Below are positions 42,822 to 54,853 of a DNA stretch of 64,000 nt, in pieces. A program made the translations under genes and the position numbers. The stretch spans positions 6,008 through 70,007 of the forward strand of contig JAANOX010000102.1 in the NCBI GenBank assembly GCA_020184695.1. Reading direction: 5' to 3'. Each line of letters opens with the position of its first letter. Position 1 is the first letter of the stretch. The DNA comes from Histomonas meleagridis 2922-C6/04-290x (Eukaryota; Protista; Parabasalia). The notes beneath the pieces are model-generated. The model had not been told where the DNA came from. It was given only the letters and a program-made list of their open reading frames with translations, and did not search any database.

Positions 42822-44696
42822 TTATGCATTTAACAATATCATCATGTTTTCGTTTTCTTCTTCATATATTCCAGATAAAATTGATTTATCTTGAAGCTTC
42901 AATTTTAAGGCATTATTAATTGCTATGATTTTTGCTTTCTTAATTTCATCTTTTGTCCTTTGTTCTACTTCATCATTTGATTCTTCGACATATACAAGAG
43001 GTAAAATATTTTTATCTTCGTTTTCAGTTTTGTGAGATTTTTTATTTTGTTTTCTAATATCAATATCTAACAAGTAATCAATAGGTATGACTTCAAAAGC
43101 AGAGTGCTGTCTTTTTCTTTTATTTAATATAATCATTTTTGATCTTTCGAAGAGAATAACATTTTTTGGTAGAAATATTTCATTTTGTTTCTCTAAGTTA
43201 GGGAAGTAATTATATACATAGTTAAGAGAACAATCTACCATAGGTGGATTACTTTTAATTCTTTTATCAATGACAGTATTTATGTATTTTTTTAAATAAT
43301 TTGACTCAAATCCAACATTATCAATCATTACGCACATAATGAAAGTATGTAATGGCAGTTTATCTTTCATCTTTTGCTTTTTCACTGTTTCTTCTTGAAC
43401 AGCAAAAAGAAAAGGAAGAATGAATTTTGACCAAATTCTATTATTAATATTGGCAAATTTCTTTAAATATTCAAGAATTGCAACATATATTTCTTCAGGA
43501 TGATTTTTATGGTGTATTAAAAAAAGTAAAATCTTCCTAAAACTTGATTTTATCATTGAATCCTTATAAAAGAAACCAACTGCTTCATCATAAACAGAAA
43601 TAAATTTAAACATCATCATTATTTCATCAACAGAATATTTATCTTCCGTTTTTATAGGTAATGTTTCCCAAATTTGGGAATGAGTAATTTTTATGAGTTC
43701 TATATTTTCAAAATTTTTCAAAATATTATAACTAAGTTTTAATGATTCAGATATAAGTAAATTATTATCATTTGATTTTATTATTGGTATTTTTAAAATA
43801 AACGAAAAAATTATAATCAAAGAATCATATTGAGCAGAAGAACTATATTTAAAACTTTTAATTTCTTCAATAAATTTTTGTGATATTTCTAATATTGAAA
43901 TACATATAATAGTATTTTCTATATGTACCTGAAGTTCTTCTAAAAGTAAAAAAAATAAAGGTAATGAACAATTTTCATTAATTTCTTTGATTAGCAATAT
44001 CATAAAACTTGAAACAAATTCGTTTTGAACCCAATAATTGTTGTCATTTAAAAAAGTAAATAATATTTCTCCAAATCGTGAGATTGTTAACGGAATTGCA
44101 CAATGTGCAACCTCTTTTATAATATCACTATCTAATTTATTAATTGGACTTATTATTTCTAAAGATGAAAATATTTCTTTGATTGGAAGCATATACATTT
44201 GGCAATTTTGGATGATTTTACAAAGTGATTGATTAATCTCTTCTGAATTTTTTCGAAGTTCTAAATACATGTATACTATTTGTTTAAGATGCTTTACTAG
44301 TACAATATGATTTGAATTTTTTATTAATATTATTGTTGATTCTTGAATAATTTCTAGGTATTCCATGTTTCTTGATCGCAAGAGCATTAGAATAGAAGAA
44401 GTAAGAGATGAAGAAAGATCTATATTGATTTCATTTACTGATTCAAGTAATTTCCCAAGAATTTCCATTCCAACAATAACATTACTATATCTAAAATTTT
44501 TAACTCCTTTTCTAATCTTCTCAATAAAAATTTCGTTAATATTTGATAAACGTGAAATATCATGTGTACCCCATTGTATTAACTCACGAACACGTGCTGA
44601 AACAGGATCAGGTCTATCATCATTTGGATAACATGCATTAATTCTTGCTAAAATATCATATTCTCTAATACAAAGGCAATGACAACATTTTTGCAT
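42822..44696 (-). CDS. EFR3-like ARM scaffold protein
   Basis: Likely start MQKCCHCLC (Cys cluster). EYDILARINACYP..RELIQWG..RLSNINEIF..YSNVIVGMEILGKLL parallels the EFR3 N-terminus (RYKRLVDNIFP..KLTFYA..KLDRIG..GYVLIAMEALDQLL). Confidence 0.65.
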   Translation of the reverse strand: MQKCCHCLCIREYDILARINACYPNDDRPDPVSARVRELIQWGTHDISRLSNINEIFIEKIRKGVKNFRYSNVIVGMEILGKLLESVNEINIDLSSSLTSSILMLLRSRNMEYLEIIQESTIILIKNSNHIVLVKHLKQIVYMYLELRKNSEEINQSLCKIIQNCQMYMLPIKEIFSSLEIISPINKLDSDIIKEVAHCAIPLTISRFGEILFTFLNDNNYWVQNEFVSSFMILLIKEINENCSLPLFFLLLEELQVHIENTIICISILEISQKFIEEIKSFKYSSSAQYDSLIIIFSFILKIPIIKSNDNNLLISESLKLSYNILKNFENIELIKITHSQIWETLPIKTEDKYSVDEIMMMFKFISVYDEAVGFFYKDSMIKSSFRKILLFLIHHKNHPEEIYVAILEYLKKFANINNRIWSKFILPFLFAVQEETVKKQKMKDKLPLHTFIMCVMIDNVGFESNYLKKYINTVIDKRIKSNPPMVDCSLNYVYNYFPNLEKQNEIFLPKNVILFERSKMIILNKRKRQHSAFEVIPIDYLLDIDIRKQNKKSHKTENEDKNILPLVYVEESNDEVEQRTKDEIKKAKIIAINNALKLKLQDKSILSGIYEEENENMMILLNA

Positions 44697-45026
44697 TTTA
44701 CATAAAAAAAGGAAAACCATTCATTCAAAACTATTTAATATTTAGTAAAAATAAGAGAAATTTTCGAGAAATAAGGAAAACATTTGATTTTTGTTTATCA
44801 GTTCAATATAACAAAATTTAAAAACAATTCAAAACAAAAGCATCAGACCAAATAAAGCATCAAAAGTGGAACGTGCTGTTGGAAACCTCTTTTTCTATTC
44901 AATTTTGAATTAACACAAAAAGTGTGCAAGTTCTTGGCTCTAAACAACAAAAAATAAGAAATTCGGAAAAGTATTTTATTTGTGATAATTTATTTAAGTT
45001 TGGTTTGGCTATAATTTTCTAAAAAA

Positions 45027-46028
45027 TCACATCCAATAATCCAATTTTTCTGCAATAAGCACAAACATATGATTTCTTACACCAATCGTATGTAATGCAT
45101 TAGGGAAGCGGCACCTGTTATTATTTGATATCAAAAATATACCAGGGCCGGGATACCAACATTTTTTGGTAATTGAATGAATTCCCATATATTTATCTGG
45201 ATGATAAAGTAAAAGAGCACTGTATATAAACTCTTCTCGAAGAATATTTTGCTTCTGCTTCAAGTAAAAATCGTGATATTTGAAGAATAAGTCCATTGTA
45301 TATTCAATAGTTTCAACAGGACCACCAAAAAAGTTCGCTATAACAACGTCAAATGGCGTTATATATAGCTTCTCCATTGGAATGTACTTAACTGGACGAA
45401 TAAGAACTCGAGATCGTGGTCGTAATGTGAATAGAAGTTTTTTGTGCTTGGAAAAGAGATAATCAACACGCTCAATGGCCGGAATCTGAGCCCAACTATA
45501 GTTAGACTTTTTAACAAGACCTGCATCAACCCAGAATAAATACTTATAAATTCCTTTTCTTCGAATATCATCCAAAAGACAGATTTTAGAGTTCCAGACA
45601 GCACCAAGAAAGCCTGTAAGTAAATAACCAGGCTTATGAATACTCGCAATGTAATCATAATCTTTTTCGTATCTGCGAAGATTACAAATATCATAAGGAG
45701 ACTCATAAGTAAAATTAACATAAAGATTAGCCTTTGTAGGTGGTTGAAGAATATGATAACTTTCATTATTTGTATAAAAATAAAAGTCAACATCATCTGT
45801 TAAATTTCCAACAAGATAACGGAAACAATCTTGATAAACACTTAGTGGGTTTCTTTGTTTTTTACCACTAAAATAATAATATGAAGATACAAAAGCTATT
45901 TTCTTCTCCTTTGTCCATATATATGGTCCGCCAATTGGTGGATCATTTCGACGAAATTGGGTAAAGTATATGTACATTGAAAATAGATAAAAAACAGGAA
46001 AGAAGAAAGAAGGAAGCTTCACCTTCAT
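45027..46028 (-). CDS. Type II membrane protein, HtrL/YibB-like (putative glycan-modifying enzyme)
   Basis: N-terminal anchor; FVSSYY..FYFYTN..AVWNSKI..YLFWVDAG..ANFFGG..REEFIY follows the HtrL/YibB motif order (SK..WIDAG..GGFFGG..DDQ). Confidence 0.6.
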   Translation of the reverse strand: MKVKLPSFFFPVFYLFSMYIYFTQFRRNDPPIGGPYIWTKEKKIAFVSSYYYFSGKKQRNPLSVYQDCFRYLVGNLTDDVDFYFYTNNESYHILQPPTKANLYVNFTYESPYDICNLRRYEKDYDYIASIHKPGYLLTGFLGAVWNSKICLLDDIRRKGIYKYLFWVDAGLVKKSNYSWAQIPAIERVDYLFSKHKKLLFTLRPRSRVLIRPVKYIPMEKLYITPFDVVIANFFGGPVETIEYTMDLFFKYHDFYLKQKQNILREEFIYSALLLYHPDKYMGIHSITKKCWYPGPGIFLISNNNRCRFPNALHTIGVRNHMFVLIAEKLDYWM

Positions 46029-47321
46029 CTGCTTGGCCGTTATTGAACGATAGCTTATTTTGTGACAAGTTAGGCTTTTTGATTACAAATCGTTTCCATA
46101 AAATCTTGAAATATCTCCATGGATTAATGGTTAAATAAAAAAAGCAAAAAAGAAAGCTTTAGAGCTAAAAAAGTATATATAGAAAAACGAAAATGAAATT
46201 ATTTTGACGATGGTTTCTGTGAAGAAGAAGAGAAGAAACTATTATGTCCATTTTTCTATTTGACTGAAAAATTCAATGAAGTTTTGAATGTATAACTATC
46301 AAAACATCTGTAGACCTCACAAAAAATTCAGGCCTGATCAATAAAATGAAGACATCCTTGGAATTCAAATGTATAATAAACTAGAATCGTTTCCGTTTTT
46401 TCCTAACACTGATGCCTTTAATGAAGTAAGGAAAGAACATTAACAATTACACTATTTAAAAGTCAAAACTTATCTACAAAATTTTCATATAAGTAATTCC
46501 TGAAAATTTTGATACAACTTCATTGTCACATTTCCTCTGTGTCGATAAAAATCACAATGAATAAGGCAGTATATAAATTTTAGTGATATTATTTAAATAA
46601 GTTACATTTTGAGAATTATTTTCTTATATGGCTTTTTCATGTTTTTACGAATATAGGTGGTAATTTTGAGCAAAAAAAGTCAAAAATTAAAAAATTACTA
46701 AAAAAAGAAACATTTGGTACCAAATGTCCGAGGTTTTTTCACCAAAAAAATATAAATATTAAATTTTCAACGGCATTACTGGAAACAATGTTGTTTGAAA
46801 TTTGGTGATAATTATACGAGAAGTTGCTAATTATTCTACACAAACAAAAATATTAACCTCATCGATTTGATATTTTTGATATATAATAGCCATGATATAG
46901 GTTTTACATTTCATGTGTTAAAATAATCAAAAACTTATCATCCTCGGGAGATGAGGAGTTGAAACCCTGAACACTTAATTTATTTCATTTTAGAATGACA
47001 AATGTTAAATTAAATTTAAAATTTTGCTTGTGTTTAACAGGATGACAATTAAATAATTAATTGAAATTATCCATTCTTTTAAACATTTAATAAATTTTAA
47101 TCATCTTTGAATTCTAATTTTTTTTGTAAACTCATCATAAAATCACAATAAGCTAAAACACATCTGGACTATCCAGCAAAAATTATAATGCTCATGCAAA
47201 GCAAGTTTAAAAATATCAAAAGTTTGATTCGGGGCACCCTAAATAATTGACCGTTTACTTAATTCAAAAACCGTTTGAATAATGTTTTCTTTATTTTTTA
47301 AAAGCAACGCTATTTTCAACT

Positions 47322-48026
47322 TTATGTAGTTGTTGTGTTACTGGTGGATATGCTAAACCACCCTTCTGCTTGTTTTTTAACAGCTCCTGGACTTATGATT
47401 TCTACCACAATAATAGCAATAACAGCAAGTAAGACCAGAAGAGCAAGAATTCGGACACACTTGTCTCCTGCTGCTCTAGTTATCATCACTTTCATGATTT
47501 TCTTGGCACGGTATAATTCACTGTCCATTTCATTTAATTCTTGTGAGGTCTTTTCAAGGACTTCTTTTTGTCTTCCAATCTCAACGAGCGTGTCTCCTCC
47601 TACTTGTTTAGCTTCTTCAATTGTTCTCAATGAGTTATCTAAAGATGTTTTTTGTTGATTCTGTAATTCAAGTGATTTTCCCATCAAATCTTTTGTTGTA
47701 GCGCCTTGCCCACGGGCCTTTTCCTCGTTTTGTGCTCGTGATTCAGCATTACGTAATTGTTCTTCATATTGTGTAACAATTCTATTATGTTCTTCATATT
47801 TGGCTCTGTACTCTTCTTGTGTGCTTTCATCATCAATGTCAAACAGTTCCATTTGGATTGAAGATACATAATCTTTTGCACGCCTTATCTTTTCACTTAT
47901 TTCAAGTAATACACCACGTCTTTGAGGACCTTCGGTACCAGGCAGTTGGTCAAACGCGGAAGAAATTCCTTTTTCGATGGATATAACTTGCTGGATATAG
48001 CTATTGATATCTGTTAAATCAGTCAT
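47322..48026 (-). CDS. Qb-SNARE, NPSN/VTI1-like
   Basis: N-terminal helical bundle, SNARE helix SLRTIEEAKQVGGDTLVEIGRQKEVL, then AAGDKCVRIL..IAIIVVEIISP, which matches the NPSN ATDKCI..IAIIIVKIVNP juxtamembrane/TM motif. Confidence 0.8.
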   Translation of the reverse strand: MTDLTDINSYIQQVISIEKGISSAFDQLPGTEGPQRRGVLLEISEKIRRAKDYVSSIQMELFDIDDESTQEEYRAKYEEHNRIVTQYEEQLRNAESRAQNEEKARGQGATTKDLMGKSLELQNQQKTSLDNSLRTIEEAKQVGGDTLVEIGRQKEVLEKTSQELNEMDSELYRAKKIMKVMITRAAGDKCVRILALLVLLAVIAIIVVEIISPGAVKKQAEGWFSISTSNTTTT

Positions 48027-48924
48027 TATACTTTAAATTCTAAGAAGTTTTTAAGTTAATTTTGGGGTTTCGGTATAACTTTTTGAGTGAAAACGGTGTA
48101 ACGATAGTTTTTTTCAAACGAAAAATTGCTCCTTATGTAAAATCAGGAAATATAAAGATTTAATCATATTGCGCATATGGTGAACAAATTATTTTTAGAA
48201 AGAGTGCTAATGGTGTTGAATTCATCAGAAATTAATTTTAATAATGTCATGTTAGATTAATGTCATTTTATGGAGTATATAAAATATTTTGATATTGTAT
48301 AAAGAATAATTTGGATCTTTTTTTAAGAATTAAGGAATGAGTAAAATAAATAAGATAGTAAGCTTACCTGGTAAACTTAGGCCTTTTCTCAGGAAATTTC
48401 ATTCACAATGAGATAATGAAATTTCAAAAAATTGGATAGTGTTTAATATATATACTAAAAATTTATATGAAATAACATCAGATTTCATTTGCTATATATC
48501 TAAATATTATAAGTCTTATGCTCTCAATTTATAACAATATTGAAATAAATATTCTTATCAGCTTCATTAGAACCATTTAAGAATTTTAGAATATTTATTT
48601 GTAATATTTTTCCTTTCCCTATATCCAAAATTATGTGGGGAAATTGCACGTTACGAGACCGTTTATTTTGTCAACACTTCCCTTTTTTAGCAAAACATAT
48701 TAATAATGCCTATATAATAAAAGTAGTATTAGCAAATTATGAATCACTAGCCATAACGCATGTCCGATAATTTTTTTCTCTTCTTATAGATGTATAATTT
48801 TCCACTTTACATAACTTATATCATTCCAGCCTGTGTCGCAAAGTTTGACAAAAGCGCTTTTGGCACCATAATAAAAAATGAAATAAACGATTATACAGAA
48901 CACAATATGAAGTTATAAAATTTA

Positions 48925-49956
48925 ATGAATAGTGTTTCAAGTTTTGACGAAGATAACTCCATCAAATCTAAAACTAATGAAAGAGCTAGTAAAAGAAACA
49001 AATCAAGAAGAGAAAATATGGAAACAAAAGATCATAATTTTAACATGGATTTACTTATAGAACTTGAAAGAATTATATTTAATTTGAATGAAGAAAATCT
49101 TGAATCATCAATAGAACAAACGATGAATTTATTTGATATGAATTATCCACTCTCATTAAATTTTACCATATTAAACTTAGTTTACTATTCATTTTGTACA
49201 CATAAAAACATAAGTGATATATATTTAAAATATTTGATAAAAGTTCAAACAAAAGAAAAAGAAATCAATGAGAATAGTCCAAACATCATTGAAAATTTTA
49301 GTGATCATATGTCTAAAATTAGAACACAAGAATCTTTGTTTTTACCTGAGAAAATGATTGAACAAAATTTAATTAATTCAAATATTATACATAATATTCG
49401 TTCCTGATGGCAGAGGAAATTTTTTTGGACGGTATTCATGGGAAGTTCATTCACATTACATTCCATATAATTATAAAGAACTTTCAAAGAATAATTTTGA
49501 ACTTCATAAGCAATTGATTAAAGCGGGAGTTAATCCAAATGAAATTGCAAAAACAATTCGAAATGACGAAACATAGAAAAACTTCAAGAAATGTCATCAC
49601 AAAATGATTTTAATTTTAACCAAGAAATTGAACCATCACTTTATGAAAGATGTTCATATGTTAATCAAAGAAATGTTTTCTTAATTGATTATGCAGCATT
49701 TTTTTCTTCTGTTAAATGTTTTAAATATTTACTTATGAATGGTGCAAAAATAAATAATACGGGTGCATATGCAGTTGCAGGTGGAAATCTTGAAATTTCA
49801 TTCATTCATTAATGTGAACAAAATAATGCATCGTTTAACAGTGCATTTAAAACAGCAATAGAATTCCACCAAAATGATATCTTTAAATATATTTATGAAA
49901 AAAAGTTAGAAAAACTTTGGGAACATTATGATAAATTTCAGAAAAAGACCTTTTAA
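48925..49956 (+). pseudogene. DUF3447/ankyrin-type gene, disrupted
   Basis: Fragments LLIELERIIFNL.., KQLIKAGVNPNEIAKTIRND, LIDYAAFFSSVKCFKYLLMNGA..AVAGGNLEI, AIEFHQNDIFKY. Frameshifts near 49400 and 49570, and an in-frame TAA at 49810-49812. Confidence 0.8.
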
Positions 49957-50856
49957 AAAATTTTCAGTAAGTTATAACTAACTTTAATCATGAAAATAAT
50001 TTTCTTTTGCAAATTAACTAAAGTTATTTATATGATTTTTAAGTTTGAAATCAAATAATCAAATATTATTTTGATATTTTTTAGAGAACGTAAGACATAA
50101 TAGGTAGTATTAAGTTGCTTGATTGCCTCCTTTAAAATTAATATTGATATATCAATATTCCTATAATGACAATTTTAAATTTTTATATCCACATATGTTA
50201 TGAACGGAAAACATTTGATATTATTCAATTTTTACGTAAAGTATTTAAATAGTCTATATGCTTTGAACATTGAATGGGAAGTCAATTCATTCTCAAAAAC
50301 CACAATTTTTGAGATCAAATCATTGAAAATGTGCATGGCATTAATAAATTTATATTAGTCTTTACTTTTTTTATTAAATTTTCGTTGGTTTATTTTTTAT
50401 TGAGTATTTCATGAAATTATTCTCTTTTTATTTCTTCATTTTAACGATGATGAGAATTTTTTGTTATAATAACAAATATCAAATGGAAATCGATTTTACA
50501 TTCTATTCCGATACAAACATTTTATTTTCAAATAAATTTTTTTTTATCTTTCCGATAATTATAAGAAAATTAATATTATATGTTAATTCAAATGTTCGTT
50601 ATTTATATGATTTAGTAACATATTGCAGAAAAATATTATTAATTGATATACAGAAAAATGAATATTTCCTCCTTTACTTTTCATTAATTTTTTTTTTTTT
50701 TACTTTTTACACAGAAATCTTAAATTTTGTTGTTTTATCGACATATCAATTTCAATAAATTTATTATTTTCTTATAAGATATTAAAATTTTTTAGAAAAC
50801 TTCAATTAATATATCATCATATAATAGAAAAAACAAATATTAAATTTATTTTTTTA

Positions 50857-52458
50857 TTGATATTTCTTTTCTTTTTTTCTTATTCTATGCAAACATTTGA
50901 TGAAGAAACATTAACACTAACAATATTTAATTCAACTGATTTTACAAATGATTACAAATACATTACAAATTGTGTTATCATTTCAAATGGTATTACTGAG
51001 ATACCAGATTATGCTTTTTCTGAATGGAAATCAATGATTAGTGTTTCGATTGCAGATTCAGTTACTTCAATTGGATCATTCGCATTTCAATTCTGTCATT
51101 CATTAAAGAGTGTAACAATTAAAAGTCCTCTTACAACAATAGGACAAAATATATTTTTTGAATGTTTGAATCTTGAAACAGTATTTTTTGAAGAAGGTGT
51201 TCAATCAATTGGTAGTTTTATGTTTCAAAATTGTTATAATCTTAAAGATGTTACAATTCCAAGTACAGTTTCTTCAATATCATCAAATCCATTTCTTCGC
51301 TGTAAAAGTCTTCAATTCATAAAAATTTCCAAAGAAAATTTATATTTCTCTAATTATGAAAATGATGGCGTTTTATATGATATAGGAATTAAAACACTCA
51401 TTAGTTATCCAATTGGAAATAACAGTGAAACATTCAAAATTCCAAATTCAGTGACTTCAATTGAATCACATGCATTTGATTCATGCAATTATTTACTATC
51501 ACTATCATTTGGAAATAATGTAAATACAATAAAAAATTCTGCATTCATTAGTTGTTCATTTATAAGTTTCATAATCCCAAATTCCATTACGGTTATTCAA
51601 TCGTTTGTTTTTTATTTATGTAAAAATTTAATTACAATTATCATTGGTAAAAATGTTAAAAATATCGGAAATTATGCATTTTCAGGTTGTGCATCACTGA
51701 AATGTATTTATTTTTATGGCGAGACTTCACCAACAATTGGAAATAATTGTTTTAATAATGTTTTAGCAACAACAATTATGGTAAATGAAACATATCAAGA
51801 TGAAACATTTGGAGAATTAGATATAACCAAAGGAATAGTTGATGAATGTCTTCCTCCAACATTAACATTCACAAAAAGTAATACATTTACTGAATCAAAT
51901 TTATTTACGAAATCAAATTCTTTTACAATTTCAAATACATTTACTAAATCAAAAACATTCACTAATTCAAATATAGTTTCATATGATTCATATTCATATA
52001 TATCACATTCTATTATTTTAACAAATATTTTATCTATAACAAAAACTTTTTCGTTGTATAAATCATTTATAACAAATTCTTTCATTATTTCATATTTTCA
52101 TTCTTCATTTACTTATTCTATAACAAAATTTATGTCTTATCAATTTATTTATATTATTTATTCAACTTATTATCAAATTTATAGTAATTTCTTTGTTTTA
52201 ATATATACTAATAACAATACAAATATTAATAATCAAAATAAAATATCAACAAAAGTTCTCATTTGTATCATATGCTGTTCAGTTGCAATAATTCTTTTAA
52301 TCGTTGGAATTATAATTTATTTAATTAAAAGAAACCATAAAAACATTTCAAAATCATCAAAAGATATCTCAATGAATAATGAAACGAATGAACAAATTGA
52401 AATTATTGATGAAAAATTCAAAAATCATCTAACAAATGAAGATGATCAATGGATATAA
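50857..52458 (+). CDS. BspA-like LRR surface protein with Ser/Thr-rich stalk and TM helix
   Basis: LRR_5 repeats, an FTKSNTFTESN stalk and TM VLICIICCSVAIILLIVGIIIYLI. The start reads a-TTG, probably an ATG carrying an extra T. Confidence 0.9.
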   Translation: MIFLFFFSYSMQTFDEETLTLTIFNSTDFTNDYKYITNCVIISNGITEIPDYAFSEWKSMISVSIADSVTSIGSFAFQFCHSLKSVTIKSPLTTIGQNIFFECLNLETVFFEEGVQSIGSFMFQNCYNLKDVTIPSTVSSISSNPFLRCKSLQFIKISKENLYFSNYENDGVLYDIGIKTLISYPIGNNSETFKIPNSVTSIESHAFDSCNYLLSLSFGNNVNTIKNSAFISCSFISFIIPNSITVIQSFVFYLCKNLITIIIGKNVKNIGNYAFSGCASLKCIYFYGETSPTIGNNCFNNVLATTIMVNETYQDETFGELDITKGIVDECLPPTLTFTKSNTFTESNLFTKSNSFTISNTFTKSKTFTNSNIVSYDSYSYISHSIILTNILSITKTFSLYKSFITNSFIISYFHSSFTYSITKFMSYQFIYIIYSTYYQIYSNFFVLIYTNNNTNINNQNKISTKVLICIICCSVAIILLIVGIIIYLIKRNHKNISKSSKDISMNNETNEQIEIIDEKFKNHLTNEDDQWI

Positions 52459-52884
52459 ATATTTTCTTATCCCAAAGATCTTAAAGGTAGAATAAAATGA
52501 AAAATTCATTACCATCAGAGAAACATATTTCAAATTTTATGAAATATGTTATTTCGTTCAAGAATTTCAAAAATTAATAAATTTTATTTTACCTTCTTAA
52601 TATTTTTGAATAAAACCATAATTAATGGTCCGATTTGACGTTATTTCACTTTAAATTTTGAGAACCAAAAATAATTATAAATTATAGTAATTTTCTTCAG
52701 ACATAAATTTCTCTAATTTTTTGAAAAACCTGTTGTACGTTAATTGGTCACTGGAATTTGAATCACTGCCCATAGAATTGAATATTTTTTATTAACGTTT
52801 GTGGCATTCAATTTAATACGTTAAGGGCTGTTTTGTAATCACTTTTTGTGATTTGAAAACTTTACTGTTTTTGACAAAATTTTC

Positions 52885-53820
52885 ATGGCTGAACTTGACT
52901 TAGACAAAATCATTTCCTCCATTCGCCAAGGCAATTCGATCAGTGAAGTAGAGCTAACATCTCTATTTCTGAAGCTAAAAGAAGTTTTATACACGGAAAG
53001 TAATGTTCTCGAATTATCATCACCAATCAATATTTGCGGTGATATTCATGGGCAACTTTATGACCTTTTTGAATTATTTAAAACTGCTGGAGATGGTGAC
53101 GAATCTATTGGTTCTCAAAAATTCCTTTTTTTAGGCGATTATGTTGATCGAGGTCGTTTTTCAATAGAAACATTTGCGTACCTTGCTGCACACAAGCTTA
53201 GGTATCCTAATCAATTTTATCTTCTCCGTGGTAATCATGAATGTCGACAGGTCAATCAAATGTATGGATTTTATCAAGAATCCGTTCATTATTTTGGCCA
53301 CTCAGGTATATGGGACTTAATGAATGATGTTTTTGATCTTTTGCCAATGGCTGCGCTAATTGATAATTGCGTATTTGCTGTTCATGGAGGACTTTCACCT
53401 AGTATTACACTAATCCAAAGCATTTCTCTTCAGAACCGTAAAGGAGAACTCCCAAGTAAAGGTCCACTTTGCGATCTTTGTTGGAGTGATCCAGAAATGA
53501 TTAATCGCTGGGCCGACAACCAACGTGGTGCAGGTTACGTATTCGGTGAGCCACAAGTTGATGAGTTCTGCCATAATAATGGACTAAAAGTGGTACTCAG
53601 ATCTCATCAACTCGCAATGAACGGTTACCAAGAGTTCTTCAACAAGAAACTTATCACTGTTTGGAGCGCGCCAAACTATTGCTATAGGTCGGGAAATAAG
53701 GCGTCAATTATGGTTTACGATAAGAATCAGACTGATTACGTATATAAAGTCTTCGAGCCATGTCCAAATGAATTAAGGAAAATACCAAACGATCCACCAC
53801 CTCCATCATACTTCTTATAG
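52885..53820 (+). CDS. PP2A-family Ser/Thr phosphatase catalytic subunit (PP4/PP6-like)
   Basis: GDIHGQ, GDYVDRG, RGNHE, HGGLSP, RSHQL, SAPNYCYRSGN and C-terminal YFL. Confidence 0.95.
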   Translation: MAELDLDKIISSIRQGNSISEVELTSLFLKLKEVLYTESNVLELSSPINICGDIHGQLYDLFELFKTAGDGDESIGSQKFLFLGDYVDRGRFSIETFAYLAAHKLRYPNQFYLLRGNHECRQVNQMYGFYQESVHYFGHSGIWDLMNDVFDLLPMAALIDNCVFAVHGGLSPSITLIQSISLQNRKGELPSKGPLCDLCWSDPEMINRWADNQRGAGYVFGEPQVDEFCHNNGLKVVLRSHQLAMNGYQEFFNKKLITVWSAPNYCYRSGNKASIMVYDKNQTDYVYKVFEPCPNELRKIPNDPPPPSYFL

Positions 53821-53975
53821 AATAAAAAGTTCTATTGGATTGAATTACAATATGAAAAATTGAAAGAAAAAAAATTTTTTTTATGCAATGCACAACAAAT
53901 CATTAAGCAAACAAAAAATATGAGGAAGTAGAAGAAAAACTTATGACTTGCTCATCGCGGAAAAAATATCAAAAA

Positions 53976-54049
53976 AGCCACCGGCGGGACTCGAACCCGC
54001 AACCCCAAGATTAAGAGTCTTATGCTCTAGCCGATTGAGCTACGATGGC
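53976..54049 (-). tRNA. tRNA-Lys(CTT)
   Basis: 74-nt cloverleaf gccatcg..taaga-ctCTTaa-tcttg..ttcgagt..cggtggc-t, running directly into a T6 terminator. Confidence 0.95.
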
Positions 54050-54286
54050 AACCTGTCTTTTTTCGAAGCAGCATTTGGAAATCATATTAAAATAAATGGA
54101 AATCTTCGAATTTGAGAAATTATATTATATAATTATATTTTGGACTTGGGATATTTCCTCTAACAGTGTTTCTCTGGAAGATTTTCTCGCGTGTACTTCA
54201 TCTATTCTTAATTTGTTTTAATCTGGTTTTGTTATTTTAACTTTTTAATAAAAAATTCACTTTTTCTTGGTATATTAAACGTTCAA

Positions 54287-54853
54287 ATGATGTTTCTTCT
54301 CTTGTCTCTTTGCTTTGCCAAAGATCCAAAGATAACAAGTACTGTCTACTTTGATATCGAAATTGGTGGCGAGAAAGCAGGTCGAATCGAAATCGGTCTT
54401 TTTGGTGATGTTGTTCCTAAAACAACAGAAAACTTCCGTCATCTTTGCTTATGTGACAAAGGAGTCGGCAAAAAAACAGGAAAGCCATTATGTTACAAGG
54501 GCACTCCATTCCATAGAATCATTCCAAAGTTCATGAATCAAGGTGGTGATTTCTCACATAAAAATGGAATGGGTGGTGAATCCATCTATGGTGGAAGCTT
54601 CGAAGATGAAAACTTTAAGCTTAAGCATGAAGGACCAGGATATATTTCAATGGCTAATGCTGGACCAAATACAAATGGAAGTCAATTCTTTATTACAACT
54701 GTCAAAACACCATGGCTTGATGGTCACCATGTTGTCTTCGGAAAGGTAATCAAAGGAATGGATGTTGTTAAGGCAATTGAAGCTGTTGGCACTGGATCAG
54801 GAACACCAACTAAAACAGTTATCATCGCAGACTGCGGTGAAATTGAGCAGTAA
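54287..54853 (+). CDS. Cyclophilin-type peptidyl-prolyl isomerase with signal peptide (CypB-like)
   Basis: [53 protein letters not shown]. Confidence 0.97.
   Translation: MMFLLLSLCFAKDPKITSTVYFDIEIGGEKAGRIEIGLFGDVVPKTTENFRHLCLCDKGVGKKTGKPLCYKGTPFHRIIPKFMNQGGDFSHKNGMGGESIYGGSFEDENFKLKHEGPGYISMANAGPNTNGSQFFITTVKTPWLDGHHVVFGKVIKGMDVVKAIEAVGTGSGTPTKTVIIADCGEIEQ

Noticed and set aside
46200-46500. Possible decayed ORF (DDGFCEEEEKKLLCPF..ESFPFFPNTDAF)
   Set aside because: Too fragmentary across frames to support a call without a homology search.
50411-50758. 115-aa ORF
   Set aside because: F/I/Y/L-rich translation of very AT-rich intergenic DNA with no recognisable motif.
21116-53820. TOR, SAPS and PP6-like genes as a functional cluster
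   Set aside because: They are 4-20 kb apart with many unrelated genes between them, and these families are expanded in trichomonads, so co-occurrence is expected by chance.
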